Source: an uncultured Ignavibacteriales bacterium
Lineage (GTDB): Bacteria; Zixibacteria; MSB-5A5; GN15; JAAZOE01
Assembly: GCA_964549765.1 (NCBI GenBank)
Contig: CAZJWR010000003.1
Location: 48,975-112,974 of the forward strand
Direction: 5' to 3'
Length of the DNA: 64,000 nucleotides
This document shows positions 46,623 to 56,172 of the stretch, piece by piece. The notes beneath the pieces were generated by a model that was not told where the DNA came from, did no database searches, and saw only the letters and a program-made list of their open reading frames with translations. Both the position numbers and the translations under genes were made by a program. Each line of letters starts with the position of its first letter. Position 1 is the first letter of the stretch.

Positions 46623-46803
46623 GTACAGATGAAAACAGTTCTCCTTATTTAATCGTTAGAGGAATTGCTCAGTTTATCAATCCTTGCCCGAAATTAATCT
46701 GGAGACAAACGCGCAATAGTGCGCAAGGTACGTTTATCTGCTGTTACGAAATATTTTCCGTGAGAAAAAGTTCGTGAAGGGGTAAACAAGTTCGGAGAGT
46801 AGA

Positions 46804-47109
46804 ATGAATATCTACGTCGGCAATTTGTCGTTCACTACGACGGAAGACGATCTTCGCAAAGCGTTTGCGGAGTATGGCGAAATCACCAGCGTCAACATCA
46901 TCAAGGACAAATACAGCGGTGAGTCCCGCGGTTTCGGATTCGTGGAAATGGCCTCGAATGACCAGGCCCGTGAAGCCCTGAACAGTTTGAACGGCGCCGA
47001 GCTCGGCGGCCGCAACTTGAAGGTCAGTGAAGCCCGTCCGCGCGAAGAGAGCGGCGGCAAGTCCAATTTCCGTCGCCAACGGGGCGGCGGCTACCGCGAA
47101 AACTGGTAG
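46804..47109 (+). CDS. RNA-binding protein, RRM (RNP-1/RNP-2) type with a Gly/Arg tail
   Basis: RNP-2 IYVGNL, RNP-1 RGFGFVEM, and a C-terminal RGG-like tail. Confidence 0.93.
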   Translation: MNIYVGNLSFTTTEDDLRKAFAEYGEITSVNIIKDKYSGESRGFGFVEMASNDQAREALNSLNGAELGGRNLKVSEARPREESGGKSNFRRQRGGGYRENW

Positions 47110-47145
47110 AATTTTCGTCGGGACTCCCGACAAGATGACCACCAA

Positions 47146-47181
47146 CCGGGGATCGGAACTATCCGACCCTCGGTTTTTTTT
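47146..47181 (+). terminator. intrinsic terminator after the RRM gene
   Basis: CCGGGGATCGGA-ACTA-TCCGACCCTCGG hairpin (about 11 bp with one mismatch) followed by a run of 8-9 T. Confidence 0.8.
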
Positions 47182-47290
47182 ATGGAGCATTAGGCCAATC
47201 AAGAAGCAGTATTGTCGAGGCCCTGAAAGGGTTTCGACCCACGCTGCCAATTTATCGATACGGAGATTATTCGTTGGACACGATTTTCAA

Positions 47291-47364
47291 TACCCCCGGC
47301 AGGACTTGAACCTGCGGCACGCGGTTTAGGAAACCGCTGCTCTATCCACCTGAGCTACGGGGGC
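47291..47364 (-). tRNA. tRNA-Arg (anticodon CCT)
   Basis: Minus strand GCCCCCGTAGCTCAGGTGGATAGAGCAGCGGTTTCCTAAACCGCGTGCCGCAGGTTCAAGTCCTGCCGGGGGTA folds as a cloverleaf. Anticodon loop is TTCCTAA. No encoded CCA. Confidence 0.9.
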
Positions 47365-47500
47365 ATGAAATACTCTGTCGGGAGCACATGGCTCCAGAAC
47401 TACAGCCAAAGGAATTATACGTTTTCGCCTGACTCGGCACAAGGGGAAAGAACAGGCATGGCCCTAAGGGTTGCCTATTCAAAAGGCAGTCGATGGCGGG

Positions 47501-48031
47501 CTACACGGCCTCGGTGTCGTAGTCGATCAGGGCTTTGATGTCGTATCCCGACAGCTTATCTCGGCCTTTGAGGAACGACAACTCGATGACGACGCCGATT
47601 ACGGCGACCTCTCCCCCGAGTTTTTCCACCATCTTGCATGACGCTTCAAGGGTACCGCCGGTCGCCAGCAAATCGTCGATGACCGCCACCTTATCGCCCT
47701 TCTCGATGGCGTCGATGTGCATCTCAAGCGTATCGGTGCCGTATTCGAGGGCGTATTCCTCGTGGATTGTCTTGTATGGCAGTTTCCCCTTTTTGCGTAT
47801 AATCGCCAGCGGCACGCTCATGCGGTCGGCCAAAGCGCCGCCGAATATGAATCCGCGCGAATCGATAGCGGCGATCCGGGTAACCCCTTTTTCCCGGAAA
47901 TACTCTTCGAATTCATCCAGCGCTTCTTTGTACGCTTCCGGATCGGACAATAGCGTCGTAATGTCGCGGAATATGATCCCCGGCTTGGGAAAATCGGGGA
48001 TGGATCTGATAACGGCTTTTAGATCATGCAC
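47501..48031 (-). CDS. apt: adenine phosphoribosyltransferase
   Basis: FPKPGIIFRDITTLL and the PRPP-binding VAVIDDLLATGGT motif. About 175 aa. Confidence 0.95.
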   Translation of the reverse strand: MHDLKAVIRSIPDFPKPGIIFRDITTLLSDPEAYKEALDEFEEYFREKGVTRIAAIDSRGFIFGGALADRMSVPLAIIRKKGKLPYKTIHEEYALEYGTDTLEMHIDAIEKGDKVAVIDDLLATGGTLEASCKMVEKLGGEVAVIGVVIELSFLKGRDKLSGYDIKALIDYDTEAV

Positions 48032-48040
48032 GATGTCACC

Positions 48041-48316
48041 TCATCGAATATCAAAATCCTTGAATGTTTGCGGAGGGTCTATCTTTTCGAGGTCGACGCC
48101 GGAAACGGATGCATAGGACGGACCGGATCGCGCCGTTTTAATCAACTCATCGATCAGGCCTTTTTCACCCGAGGCGACGATTTCGACCTGACCCGTGGGG
48201 AGATTTTTGACATAGCCGGTCAGACCGAGTGCATTGGCCTGACGATAGATATAGTACCGGTATCCGACCCCCTGGACTAATCCGCTGACGATTACTCTAA
48301 CCGTGTTTTCTGGCAT
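48041..48316 (-). CDS. acyP: acylphosphatase
   Basis: VSGLVQGVGYRYY and GYVKNLPTGQVEIVASG signatures. 91 aa. Confidence 0.92.
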   Translation of the reverse strand: MPENTVRVIVSGLVQGVGYRYYIYRQANALGLTGYVKNLPTGQVEIVASGEKGLIDELIKTARSGPSYASVSGVDLEKIDPPQTFKDFDIR

Positions 48317-48779
48317 CCTTGGCGAGTTTCACGGCTTTCTTTGCCGCCTCGACCGGGCTGGCCACGGTGATCACTTCGGGGAAAACATCCCATTTGACCA
48401 GCGATACCAGCGGCCGCTGCAGTTTAAGGCTGAAGGCCATTTCCGAAATCGTCCCGTATTTTCCATGGAGGGAAATCACGGCGTCGGCGGCCCGGATTAC
48501 CATGATGTTGCGGGCTTCGCCGATTCCGGTGGGAATGACAATATCACAATATGGATTCGCTTCCGATCGGCTGTCACCGGGGATAATGCCGATGGCGATG
48601 CCGCCGGCATCCTTGGCGCCGTGGGCGGCGCCCTCCATGACCCCCTTCAATCCACCGCATACCAAAACGGCGCCCTGTTTGGCGATGGCCGCGCCGACTT
48701 CATAGGCTTGATCCCGTAGCTTCTTGCTGCACTTGCCGGCCCCAATGACGCCAATGCACACTGAGTCTTTGTCAAACAT
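48297..48779 (-). CDS. TIGR00725-family (LOG/DprA-like Rossmann fold) protein
   Basis: IGVIGAG...VLVCGGLKGVMEGAAHGAK..GG..IGIIPG...IPTGIGEARN pattern. The track ORF extended across tRNA-Pro, so the start was trimmed to the ATG at 48779 (GAGGGG RBS). Confidence 0.8.
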   Translation of the reverse strand: MFDKDSVCIGVIGAGKCSKKLRDQAYEVGAAIAKQGAVLVCGGLKGVMEGAAHGAKDAGGIAIGIIPGDSRSEANPYCDIVIPTGIGEARNIMVIRAADAVISLHGKYGTISEMAFSLKLQRPLVSLVKWDVFPEVITVASPVEAAKKAVKLAKDARKHG

Positions 48780-48840
48780 GCTACCCCTCGTTTGGCCAAG
48801 GCCCCCGGCTTCTTCATACGCCCACCATACAATAAAAAAA

Positions 48841-48913
48841 TCGGGGCGACTGGATTTGAACCAGCGACTTCTTAGTCCCGAACCAAGCGCGCTACCATCT
48901 GCGCTACGCCCCG
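48841..48913 (-). tRNA. tRNA-Pro (anticodon CGG)
   Basis: Minus strand CGGGGCGTAGCGCAGATGGTAGCGCGCTTGGTTCGGGACTAAGAAGTCGCTGGTTCAAATCCAGTCGCCCCGA. Anticodon loop is TTCGGGA. Ends may be off by 1-2 nt. Confidence 0.88.
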
Positions 48914-48973
48914 ATTTGAACCATACAAAATACGCATCCAAACGGAATTGTCAAGCGGAGAATTGCCTCGAAA

Positions 48974-49726
48974 TCAGCGCGGCAAGCGAAAATCGCCGGC
49001 AGTCAGCCGCGCCAAAACCTCGCCGTCGGTGAAATGCAGGTGAATCGGCGTGATCGACACTTCCCCGGCGCGGATGGCGTGGATATCCGATCCGGGGGCA
49101 TCTTTCCAGACGGGGCTCCCGGCGATCCAGTAATAGTCAAGGCCGCGCGGGTCAGTGTTCCGGATGATGACGTCGTCGTACTCGCGGCTGCCCAGGGAGG
49201 TATAGCGATATTTGCGGAACCCGTCGCGGACGCGCCCGGGAAAGTTGACGTTCAGAAGGGTCCCCGCCGTTAAATCTAATTTGGGATATAATTTTATGAG
49301 CCGCCGCAGAAAACGGGCGGCGCCTTTGAAATCGGCCCCGTTGGAACTGACCATTGAGGCCGCGATCGACGGAATGCCCAGTTGCGAGCCCTCAATGGCC
49401 GCCGCCACCGTGCCGGAGTATAGAATATCCTCGCCCATGTTGGCGCCGTGGTTGATTCCGGAGACGAGCATATCCGGCTTCTTGTGGTCGAGGATCTGGA
49501 GCAGGGCCAGAAGCACCGAATCGGTCGGGGTGCCGTCGCAGGAATAGAAATTTTTGGCGAGGCGGTTGATCCGCAGCGGCCGGGTCAGCGTCAGCGAATG
49601 GCTCGTGGCCGATTGTTCCCGGTCCGGCGCAACCCGAAGGCAGTCATGGTACTTGCTCAGTTCCTTAAAGAGAATGTTTATACCCTCGGCCTGAACGCCG
49701 TCGTCGTTGGTGATGAGGATCTTCAT
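48974..49726 (-). CDS. surE: 5'/3'-nucleotidase SurE
   Basis: MKILITNDDG, SGINHGANMG and YSGTVAAA motifs. Confidence 0.95.
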   Translation of the reverse strand: MKILITNDDGVQAEGINILFKELSKYHDCLRVAPDREQSATSHSLTLTRPLRINRLAKNFYSCDGTPTDSVLLALLQILDHKKPDMLVSGINHGANMGEDILYSGTVAAAIEGSQLGIPSIAASMVSSNGADFKGAARFLRRLIKLYPKLDLTAGTLLNVNFPGRVRDGFRKYRYTSLGSREYDDVIIRNTDPRGLDYYWIAGSPVWKDAPGSDIHAIRAGEVSITPIHLHFTDGEVLARLTAGDFRLPR

Positions 49727-49766
49727 ATATCTTATACGTCTCCGTTGTCTTGCGTGTCCTGATTCG

Positions 49767-50435
49767 TCAGTACCACAACCGTTTCCATATCTGCCGGATG
49801 AAGCGGGTGGTGTCCTTGAAGGGATTGATGAACGAATGCGACCCTTCGTAGACGGTGTCGATGGCCACTTCGCCGGCGGTGAACCCGAGGTATCCGGCCT
49901 GGAACAGTATCTCGCTTTCCGTGTCGTACCGCTCGCTGGTCAGCCGGAGCATCCGCAGCACCGGGGTTTTGATCAGCCGGTAGCCCGACTGCGAATCGCG
50001 CGTCCGGATCGATCCGAAGAGCGATATGATAATCGATGTCAGGTTATTCGTCAACAGGCGGTCGGCCGGCATCAACGACAACCGGATGGTCCGGGTGCCG
50101 ATGAGCATATCGGCCCGGTCGTAGCCGGCCAGAAACGCCGGCAGGTGTTCCGGTTTGTGCTGCAGGTCGGCATCGATGGTCACGACAGCATCGTACTCGT
50201 GGTCCACGGCGTACCGGAAACCGGCTTTCAAGGCCGCTCCTTTCCCTTGGTTGACCGAAAAGGTGATTGTCGGGCAGGCGAATCGTCCGAGGATGGCGGC
50301 GGTGTCGTCGGTCGAGCCATCGTCGATGAAAAGAATATGTTCCGGAGACGAGAAGGGCGCCAAGCGTTCCATCAATCGCGGAATATATTCGGCGGCGTTG
50401 AAGGCGGGGACGATGATGAGGATAGTGGGATTCAC
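49767..50435 (-). CDS. glycosyltransferase family 2 (polyprenyl-phosphate glycosyltransferase-like)
   Basis: IIVPAFNAAEYI, FIDDGSTD and TIDADLQH (DxD-type) motifs. About 220 aa. Confidence 0.85.
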   Translation of the reverse strand: MNPTILIIVPAFNAAEYIPRLMERLAPFSSPEHILFIDDGSTDDTAAILGRFACPTITFSVNQGKGAALKAGFRYAVDHEYDAVVTIDADLQHKPEHLPAFLAGYDRADMLIGTRTIRLSLMPADRLLTNNLTSIIISLFGSIRTRDSQSGYRLIKTPVLRMLRLTSERYDTESEILFQAGYLGFTAGEVAIDTVYEGSHSFINPFKDTTRFIRQIWKRLWY

Positions 50436-50457
50436 AACCAGCCTGCGGTATTTTTGG

Positions 50458-50532
50458 TCGGGGCGAGCCGATTTGAACGGCCGACCTCTCGCACCCCAAG
50501 CGAGTGCGCTAACCAGTCTGCGCCACGCCCCG
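50458..50532 (-). tRNA. tRNA-Pro (anticodon GGG)
   Basis: Minus strand CGGGGCGTGGCGCAGACTGGTTAGCGCACTCGCTTGGGGTGCGAGAGGTCGGCCGTTCAAATCGGCTCGCCCCGA. Anticodon loop is TTGGGGT. Confidence 0.9.
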
Positions 50533-50558
50533 ACTGAATGTACAAAATGCGCAAAATC

Positions 50559-50924
50559 CTAGAAAAGGCAAGGGAAAAGTTTCAGGATATCCTCCAGCTC
50601 TTTCTTGATTTCGCCCAGGATGGTATCCGATTTGGCTTTACGCATCAGGTCTTTCTTTTCGGTCTTGGATTCCATTTGGCGAAGTCGTTTGCGGGCGCCG
50701 GCGATCGTATAATTTTCCTCGTATAACAGGTGCTTGATCTGGTTGACCAATTCGATATCGCGTTTCTGATAATGCCGGTTGCCGCCCTTGTTTTTCTTGG
50801 GGCGGAGCATGGGAAATTCTTTTTCCCAGAAGCGAAGCACGTACGCCTGGAGATTGGTGATGCGAGCGACTTCGCTAATGGAATAATATAATTTGTCCGC
50901 GGTCGATCCCTTGGATCTGGCCAT
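50559..50924 (-). CDS. MerR-family transcriptional regulator
   Basis: N-terminal wHTH YSISEVARITNLQAYVLRFWEKEF...RHYQKRDI followed by a coiled-coil tail. Confidence 0.85.
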   Translation of the reverse strand: MARSKGSTADKLYYSISEVARITNLQAYVLRFWEKEFPMLRPKKNKGGNRHYQKRDIELVNQIKHLLYEENYTIAGARKRLRQMESKTEKKDLMRKAKSDTILGEIKKELEDILKLFPCLF

Positions 50925-50959
50925 AATTCACTCCATTATCCAACATCGTCTCGGTGTCG

Positions 50960-51973
50960 CTATTGCCACACCTCTTCTTTTAACGGCCGTGTCATCAGGT
51001 TGGTGACGGCCTCCCGGGGCGGGAGATTTTCAAACAGCACCTGATACACAGCCTCGGTTATCGGCATTTCAACTTTATGTTCGCGGGCCAATTGACGCGC
51101 CGACCGGCAGGTCGTCACGCCCTCGGCCACCATGACCATCCCAGCCAGAACCTCTTCGAGAGTCATCCCCTTCCCGATATGATACCCCACATACTGATTG
51201 CGGGAATGGATCGAGATGCAGGTGGTAATGAGATCGCCGACGCCGGATAGCCCGGCCAGGGTCTCGGGTAATGCCCCAAGTCCGATGGCGAGGCGATTGA
51301 TCTCCACCAGGCCCCGGGTGATTAACGCTCCTTGGGAATTGTCCCCGAAGCCCAATCCCCGGGCGATGCCGGCCCCGATGGCGATGATATTCTTCAGCGA
51401 TCCCCCCAATTCCACGCCGACAATATCGGTCGTGCGGTAGACGCGGAAAACTTCATTGCTGTACAGCTTCTGCGTTTCGACACACCGCCCCTCATCGCCC
51501 GCCGCCACCACCGACGTCGGCAAATGCTGCGCTACCTCCTCGGCATGTGACGGCCCCGACAGGGTGACAATCGAGCGCCGGTCGATTCCGCTCCATTCGT
51601 CGCCGATGATCTGCGACGCCCGGCGCAAGGTGCCTTCTTCGATACCCTTGCTCAAGTTCACCGTCAGCTTCGGCGGCGCAATCGACGCCCCACTCAGTCG
51701 GCGGCAAACCGATGCCAGCTTCTGGGCCGGAATCGCCAGCACGGCGATATCGGCGCCTTCCATCGCGGCGGTCACATCGCCGATTATCCGGACGGAATCA
51801 TTGATGTGAATGCCGGGAAGTTTCTTGGGATGTTCGCGCCGCTCCTGGAGCAGTTTCAATTCACCCGGATCGAATTCCCACAGAGCGACTTCGGCGCCGT
51901 TTTCGGCAAGGAGATTGGCGTTGGCAATCCCCCACGACCCGGCGCCCAGTATGGCAACACGGGCGCTCATCAA
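50960..51973 (-). CDS. gpsA: NAD(P)H-dependent glycerol-3-phosphate dehydrogenase
   Basis: VAILGAGSWG Rossmann motif, LKNIIAIGAGI and GDLITTC blocks. Confidence 0.95.
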   Translation of the reverse strand: MMSARVAILGAGSWGIANANLLAENGAEVALWEFDPGELKLLQERREHPKKLPGIHINDSVRIIGDVTAAMEGADIAVLAIPAQKLASVCRRLSGASIAPPKLTVNLSKGIEEGTLRRASQIIGDEWSGIDRRSIVTLSGPSHAEEVAQHLPTSVVAAGDEGRCVETQKLYSNEVFRVYRTTDIVGVELGGSLKNIIAIGAGIARGLGFGDNSQGALITRGLVEINRLAIGLGALPETLAGLSGVGDLITTCISIHSRNQYVGYHIGKGMTLEEVLAGMVMVAEGVTTCRSARQLAREHKVEMPITEAVYQVLFENLPPREAVTNLMTRPLKEEVWQ

Positions 51974-52602
51974 GCGGCCCCGCTGAAGTGAAAGCGGTTT
52001 TCGTCGCCGTGCATTAGACGTTTGATGTTACCGCGATGCATCACGATGATCAGCAAAGCCAACAGGGTCACTGCCGCCAGGTACAAATTCTCGACCTCCC
52101 GGTGCATGACGTACCGCTCAATCCATAGCACGGCGGCCAGAACGACCGCCCCGGCCATGGAGCCGAGGGAAATGTATCGAAAGACGGCAACGAAGACGAT
52201 GAATACGGCGAAGGCAATCAGGGTTTCGATCGGGAGCAGGGTTATGAATACGCCCAGCGCCGTGTTGACGCCTTTTCCGCCGCGAAAACCGAGAAATGGC
52301 GAGAAAACATGTCCCAAAACAGCGACGACGCCTCCGATGAGGGCGGCATTGGATTCGGAGATCGGCCAGCCGGCGTGATAGAATGCATGGCAAAGCAGCA
52401 CCGCCGCGACGCCTTTGCCGATATCACCGATAAAGGTGATCGCCGCCGCGACCGGGCCGGCCACGCGCCAGACATTGGTGGCGCCGATATTGCCCGATCC
52501 CTGGCTGCGGATATCGCCCTTGCCGAAGGCGAACCCGATGAGCAGGCCGAAGGGGACGCCTCCGAGAATGAAGCTGATTATAAAATAAACATATACGGAC
52601 AT
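51970..52602 (-). CDS. plsY: glycerol-3-phosphate acyltransferase PlsY
   Basis: GSGNIGATNVWR, FRGGKGV motifs and a polytopic membrane topology. 4-nt overlap with gpsA. Confidence 0.95.
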   Translation of the reverse strand: MSVYVYFIISFILGGVPFGLLIGFAFGKGDIRSQGSGNIGATNVWRVAGPVAAAITFIGDIGKGVAAVLLCHAFYHAGWPISESNAALIGGVVAVLGHVFSPFLGFRGGKGVNTALGVFITLLPIETLIAFAVFIVFVAVFRYISLGSMAGAVVLAAVLWIERYVMHREVENLYLAAVTLLALLIIVMHRGNIKRLMHGDENRFHFSGAA

Positions 52603-52618
52603 TCCGATGCGAATCCAA

Positions 52619-52921
52619 TTAGGTTATTTGGGTCTGCAGCACCCAGGTATCGCTTTCCGCCTTGATTCCCCGGTCATGATACAGTTCAAAAACCTCTCCA
52701 TCGACGGTCTCGACCCGGTAATAATTTCGATGACGGCGCATCCGCCAATTCTTCCGCCTTGGCGATCCCGTTGGAAATCCCCAATCAGGCCAGACCGCGA
52801 TAATCTCCTTGATGGCATAGACGCGGCCGTTCCATATGAAGGAAACCGGTCGCCCACTCGCCTCGTCCCGGGAGACCGAAATTGCCTGGGAGATGAATTT
52901 CTCCGGATCAGGTCCCATCAC
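52619..52921 (-). CDS. hypothetical small cytoplasmic protein (possibly DUF6504-like)
   Basis: 100 aa ORF in an operon-like position, with an RRHRNYYRVETVDGEVFELYHD beta-rich core. Family assignment is tentative. Confidence 0.5.
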   Translation of the reverse strand: MMGPDPEKFISQAISVSRDEASGRPVSFIWNGRVYAIKEIIAVWPDWGFPTGSPRRKNWRMRRHRNYYRVETVDGEVFELYHDRGIKAESDTWVLQTQIT

Positions 52922-52932
52922 CCGTCGTATAT

Positions 52933-53364
52933 TTAGGCCGTGTCGGGCACAGCCTGCAAGGTGTCGGGCAATGTATCGGTGGGAGCTTCCTCGGGCATCT
53001 GCGGTTCCTTGCCGAGCGCTTTTTGGATCAGCATGAGCAGATGCGCGCCTTCTTCCTTGCTGATTTGTTTATCTTCCACCGCCGCCTTAAAGGCATCCGC
53101 CAGTTGCTGCATTTCGGCAGCGCCGACTTCCCCGTTTTGGATGGCGGTCTTCAGTTGGGACATCAGATCATGTACCTGAGCCTCGGTATAGCCGTCGGGC
53201 AGATTGGCGACGATTTGCATTTCGGCCATCGTCACCAACTTATCCACCGCGTAATTCTTAATGCTGTCGCGATTGAGCCAAACAATAAAAATACCGACGA
53301 TGATCAGCAGCAGAATCGCCGCCACGATGATTAATGCAACCGTACATCCTCTCGACATGGCCAT
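52933..53364 (-). CDS. hypothetical membrane-anchored helical protein
   Basis: N-terminal TM helix (VALIIVAAILLLIIVGIFIVW), then an amphipathic helical domain. GGGAGG RBS upstream of the ATG. Confidence 0.55.
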   Translation of the reverse strand: MAMSRGCTVALIIVAAILLLIIVGIFIVWLNRDSIKNYAVDKLVTMAEMQIVANLPDGYTEAQVHDLMSQLKTAIQNGEVGAAEMQQLADAFKAAVEDKQISKEEGAHLLMLIQKALGKEPQMPEEAPTDTLPDTLQAVPDTA

Positions 53365-53536
53365 AGGATTGCCTCCCTGCGCTCAAGAAACGGTTTGGTT
53401 AAACAGTATGGATTAGATCGTTCACCCCTTAACCTGTGATGAACAAATCTGTTCACCTGACTATTTGAAACAGTTGTTTAAGTAAGATAATAGGGCGCGG
53501 TGCGAGGGGCAACTCTTTTTTGACGTAATCCCCGGC

Positions 53537-53579
53537 AAAAAAGACAAAAAAGAACCGGCCGCGGAGGGCGGCCGGTTCC
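53537..53579 (-). terminator. intrinsic terminator after rplQ
   Basis: Minus strand GAACCGGCCGC-CCTCC-GCGGCCGGTTC (11-bp stem) followed by TTTTTTGTCTTTTTT. Confidence 0.85.
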
Positions 53580-53613
53580 GCAAACTCTATAGCACATTGC
53601 CCGCCGACGGGTC

Positions 53614-54027
53614 TTATTTGGCCTTTTCTTTCTTGGCCTTTTTCTTCTCTTTATCGGTGACTACTTTGGGCTTGGGCGTCAGCAGTTCCACCAGGGAGAC
53701 CGGGGCGCCGTCGCCGACGCGATGCCCGACCTTGATGACCCGGGTGAAACCCGATTGACGCTCGGCAAAATGGGGCGCGATTTCGGTGAACAGCTTTTTG
53801 ACGATGGTCTCATTGCGCAGCTCGGCGAAAACATTGCGGCGCGCCGCCACCGTATCGGTCTTGGCCGTGGCGATCAGGCGATCGGTGTATCGCCGCAGTT
53901 CCTTGGCCTTGGACTCGGTCGTCTGAATAGTGCGATGAGTGAACAGCGACACGGCCATATTGGACAGCATCGCTTCCCGATGCGGTTTGGTACGGGATAG
54001 TTTCTTGGTCTTAACCTGGTGTTTCAT
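53614..54027 (-). CDS. rplQ: 50S ribosomal protein L17
   Basis: MKHQVKTKKLSRTKPHREAMLSNM...TT..KAKELR pattern, and its position after rpoA. Confidence 0.97.
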   Translation of the reverse strand: MKHQVKTKKLSRTKPHREAMLSNMAVSLFTHRTIQTTESKAKELRRYTDRLIATAKTDTVAARRNVFAELRNETIVKKLFTEIAPHFAERQSGFTRVIKVGHRVGDGAPVSLVELLTPKPKVVTDKEKKKAKKEKAK

Positions 54028-54044
54028 CGGATGATCCTACCGGC

Positions 54045-55025
54045 TTATGATTTCTTTTCCTGATACGGGGTGATGTCCATACCGAAGGACAACCCCAGTT
54101 CATCGAGGATTGAGGTCAGTTCGTTGAGTGATTTGCGGCCGAAGTTCCGGTACTTGAGCATTTCGGATTCGGTTTTGGACACCAATTCGCCGAGGGTTTG
54201 GATGTTGGCCGCCCGCAAGCAATTGGAGGAACGAACGGAAAGCTCCAGCTCGTCGACGCGCGTCTTGAGTAGCTGCCGGATGCGGGCGGTTTCCTCGTCC
54301 TCTTCCTCTTCCACGGCAATCTGCAATTCCTCGTCGATGTGGATGAAGAGCTGCATATGATCCTTGAGGATTTTGGCCGCATAGCTGAGGGCGTCTTCCG
54401 GCGTAACCGACAGGTCGGTCCAGATATCGAGCAGGAGTCGGTCGTAGTCGGTTTTTTGGCCGACGCGGGTGTTTTCGATTTCGTAATTGACTTTTATCAC
54501 CGGCGAAAACAACGAATCGAGGAAGATGGTTCCGGCCGGGGCGTCGTCGCGCTTGTTCTGCTCGGCGAGAACGTACCCGCGGCCGTAGTCGAAATCGACC
54601 TCCATGGTCAATTCCTTGTCGGCCGTCAGTTCGGCTACGTGCAGGTCGGGATTCAGGATTTCGACATCGGCGTTTTCCTCGAACATACCGGCCGTCAACT
54701 TACCCTTGCTGTTGTTTCGCATGATCAGGGTCCGCCGCTCGTCGGCGTCGAATCTCACCCGGACTTTCTTGATATTCAAAATAATGTCGGTGATATCCTC
54801 GTAGACTCCTTCGATGGCGCCGAATTCATGCAGCACGCCGTCGATCCTTATGGCGACGGCCGCCGCCCCCTGGATCGAGGACAGCAGGACCCGCCGCAAG
54901 GCGTGTCCAATTGTGGCGCCGAAGCCACGCTCGAGCGGTTCGATGACAAACCTGGCATACCCTTCATCCGGATTGGATTGATCGGTGACGATCTCCCTGG
55001 GCATTTGCAGGCTTTTCCATTTCAT
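54045..55025 (-). CDS. rpoA: DNA-directed RNA polymerase subunit alpha
   Basis: [25 protein letters not shown] and the C-terminal domain [17 protein letters not shown]. Start set to the ATG at 55025 (GGGGGA RBS) rather than the upstream TTG. Confidence 0.96.
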   Translation of the reverse strand: MKWKSLQMPREIVTDQSNPDEGYARFVIEPLERGFGATIGHALRRVLLSSIQGAAAVAIRIDGVLHEFGAIEGVYEDITDIILNIKKVRVRFDADERRTLIMRNNSKGKLTAGMFEENADVEILNPDLHVAELTADKELTMEVDFDYGRGYVLAEQNKRDDAPAGTIFLDSLFSPVIKVNYEIENTRVGQKTDYDRLLLDIWTDLSVTPEDALSYAAKILKDHMQLFIHIDEELQIAVEEEEDEETARIRQLLKTRVDELELSVRSSNCLRAANIQTLGELVSKTESEMLKYRNFGRKSLNELTSILDELGLSFGMDITPYQEKKS

Positions 55026-55071
55026 TCGTATATCCCCCACATAGGTTGTGTCTATAGCCAATGGGATTCTC

Positions 55072-55698
55072 TTATTTCGAGTACAACTCGACGATTAACT
55101 GTTCCTGGGCCGGCGTCGGGATTTCCTCTCGTTTCGGCAGTTCCAGCAGTTCACCTTCGAGACCGGCTTTGTTCAGGCGCAGCCACGGGATTTCCTCACC
55201 CCGGGACTCTTTCAGGGCCATGTGCACGATATCCAGGCTCTTCGATTTGTCCTTGACACGGACGATGTCGCCCACGCGGACGTTGTATGAGGGGATATCG
55301 ACGATCCGGCCGTTCACGGTCAGGTGCCGGTGACGCACCAGCTGCCGGGCGGATTTGCGCGACGGCGCAAAGCCGAGCCGGTAGACGATGTTATCCAGAC
55401 GGCACTCCAGCAGTTGGAGCAGGGTTTCGCCGGTGATTCCCTTCTTGCGTTCCGCCGTTTCGAAATAGTTGCGGAACTGGCGCTCCAGTATGCCGTATAC
55501 CCGGCGGACTTTCTGCTTCTCGCGAAGCTGGAGGCCGTATTCGGAGACCTTGCGACGAATATTCTGCCCGTGCTGTCCCGGAGCATAGGCGCGCCTATCG
55601 ATGGCGCACTTCTCGCTCAGGCATCGGCTGCCCTTCAGAAACAGCTTTTCGCCTTCGCGTCGACACAATTTGCAATTTGCGTCAGTGTACCGAGCCAT
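55072..55698 (-). CDS. rpsD: 30S ribosomal protein S4
   Basis: [23 protein letters not shown]... with a Cys4 zinc-type N-terminus and an S4 domain. Confidence 0.97.
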   Translation of the reverse strand: MARYTDANCKLCRREGEKLFLKGSRCLSEKCAIDRRAYAPGQHGQNIRRKVSEYGLQLREKQKVRRVYGILERQFRNYFETAERKKGITGETLLQLLECRLDNIVYRLGFAPSRKSARQLVRHRHLTVNGRIVDIPSYNVRVGDIVRVKDKSKSLDIVHMALKESRGEEIPWLRLNKAGLEGELLELPKREEIPTPAQEQLIVELYSK

Positions 55699-55749
55699 TC
55701 ACTCTCCTTAATATTCCAATCAGTTTTGCTTCACCGTGTTCCGGGATGC

Positions 55750-56142
55750 TTACACCCGGCGCCGTTTGGGCGGCCGGCACCCGTTGTGGGGTATCGGTGT
55801 CACGTCCTTAATACTTATCACTTCCAGGCCCGCCGCCGAAATGGACCGGATGGCGGCCTCGCGTCCCGATCCGGGACCCTTGACCTGGATTTCCACTTTC
55901 CGCATGCCCATATCCAGGGCTTCCTTGGCGGAGGTTGCCGCCGCCTGCTGGGCCGCAAACGGCGTCGACTTTTTGGACCCCTTGAATCCGGCGCGACCGG
56001 CCGAATTCCAGCAGACCACCCGGCCCCGGGGGTCCGAGATGGAGATGAGGGTATTGTTAAACGACGCCTTGATATGGACCACGCCGAAGGCGTCGACCTT
56101 TTTGACTTTCTTTTTGGTTTTTCTCTTTTTCGGTTCCGCCAC
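55750..56142 (-). CDS. rpsK: 30S ribosomal protein S11
   Basis: [18 protein letters not shown]...[14 protein letters not shown] signature. Confidence 0.97.
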   Translation of the reverse strand: MAEPKKRKTKKKVKKVDAFGVVHIKASFNNTLISISDPRGRVVCWNSAGRAGFKGSKKSTPFAAQQAAATSAKEALDMGMRKVEIQVKGPGSGREAAIRSISAAGLEVISIKDVTPIPHNGCRPPKRRRV

Positions 56143-56172
56143 AGTTTTACCTCGTGTTGTTCGTTATGACGT

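Noticed and set aside
48780-48941. N-terminal extension of the TIGR00725-family ORF (the track start at 48941).
   Set aside because: The extension runs through the tRNA-Pro(CGG) gene at 48841-48913. An internal ATG at 48779 with a GAGGGG RBS gives the conserved N-terminus (IGVIGAG).
47291-50532. The three tRNA genes (Arg-CCT, Pro-CGG, Pro-GGG) as possible integration sites flanking an island.
   Set aside because: No integrase, direct repeat of a tRNA 3' end, or foreign-looking gene block was found next to any of them. The intervening genes are housekeeping (apt, acyP, surE, GT2).
53440-53455. Interpreting TGAACAAATCTGTTCA as a LexA/SOS box.
   Set aside because: The Cheo-type box is GAAC-N4-GTTC, whereas here the spacing is N6. 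There is no lexA or SOS gene nearby. It is kept only as a generic candidate operator.
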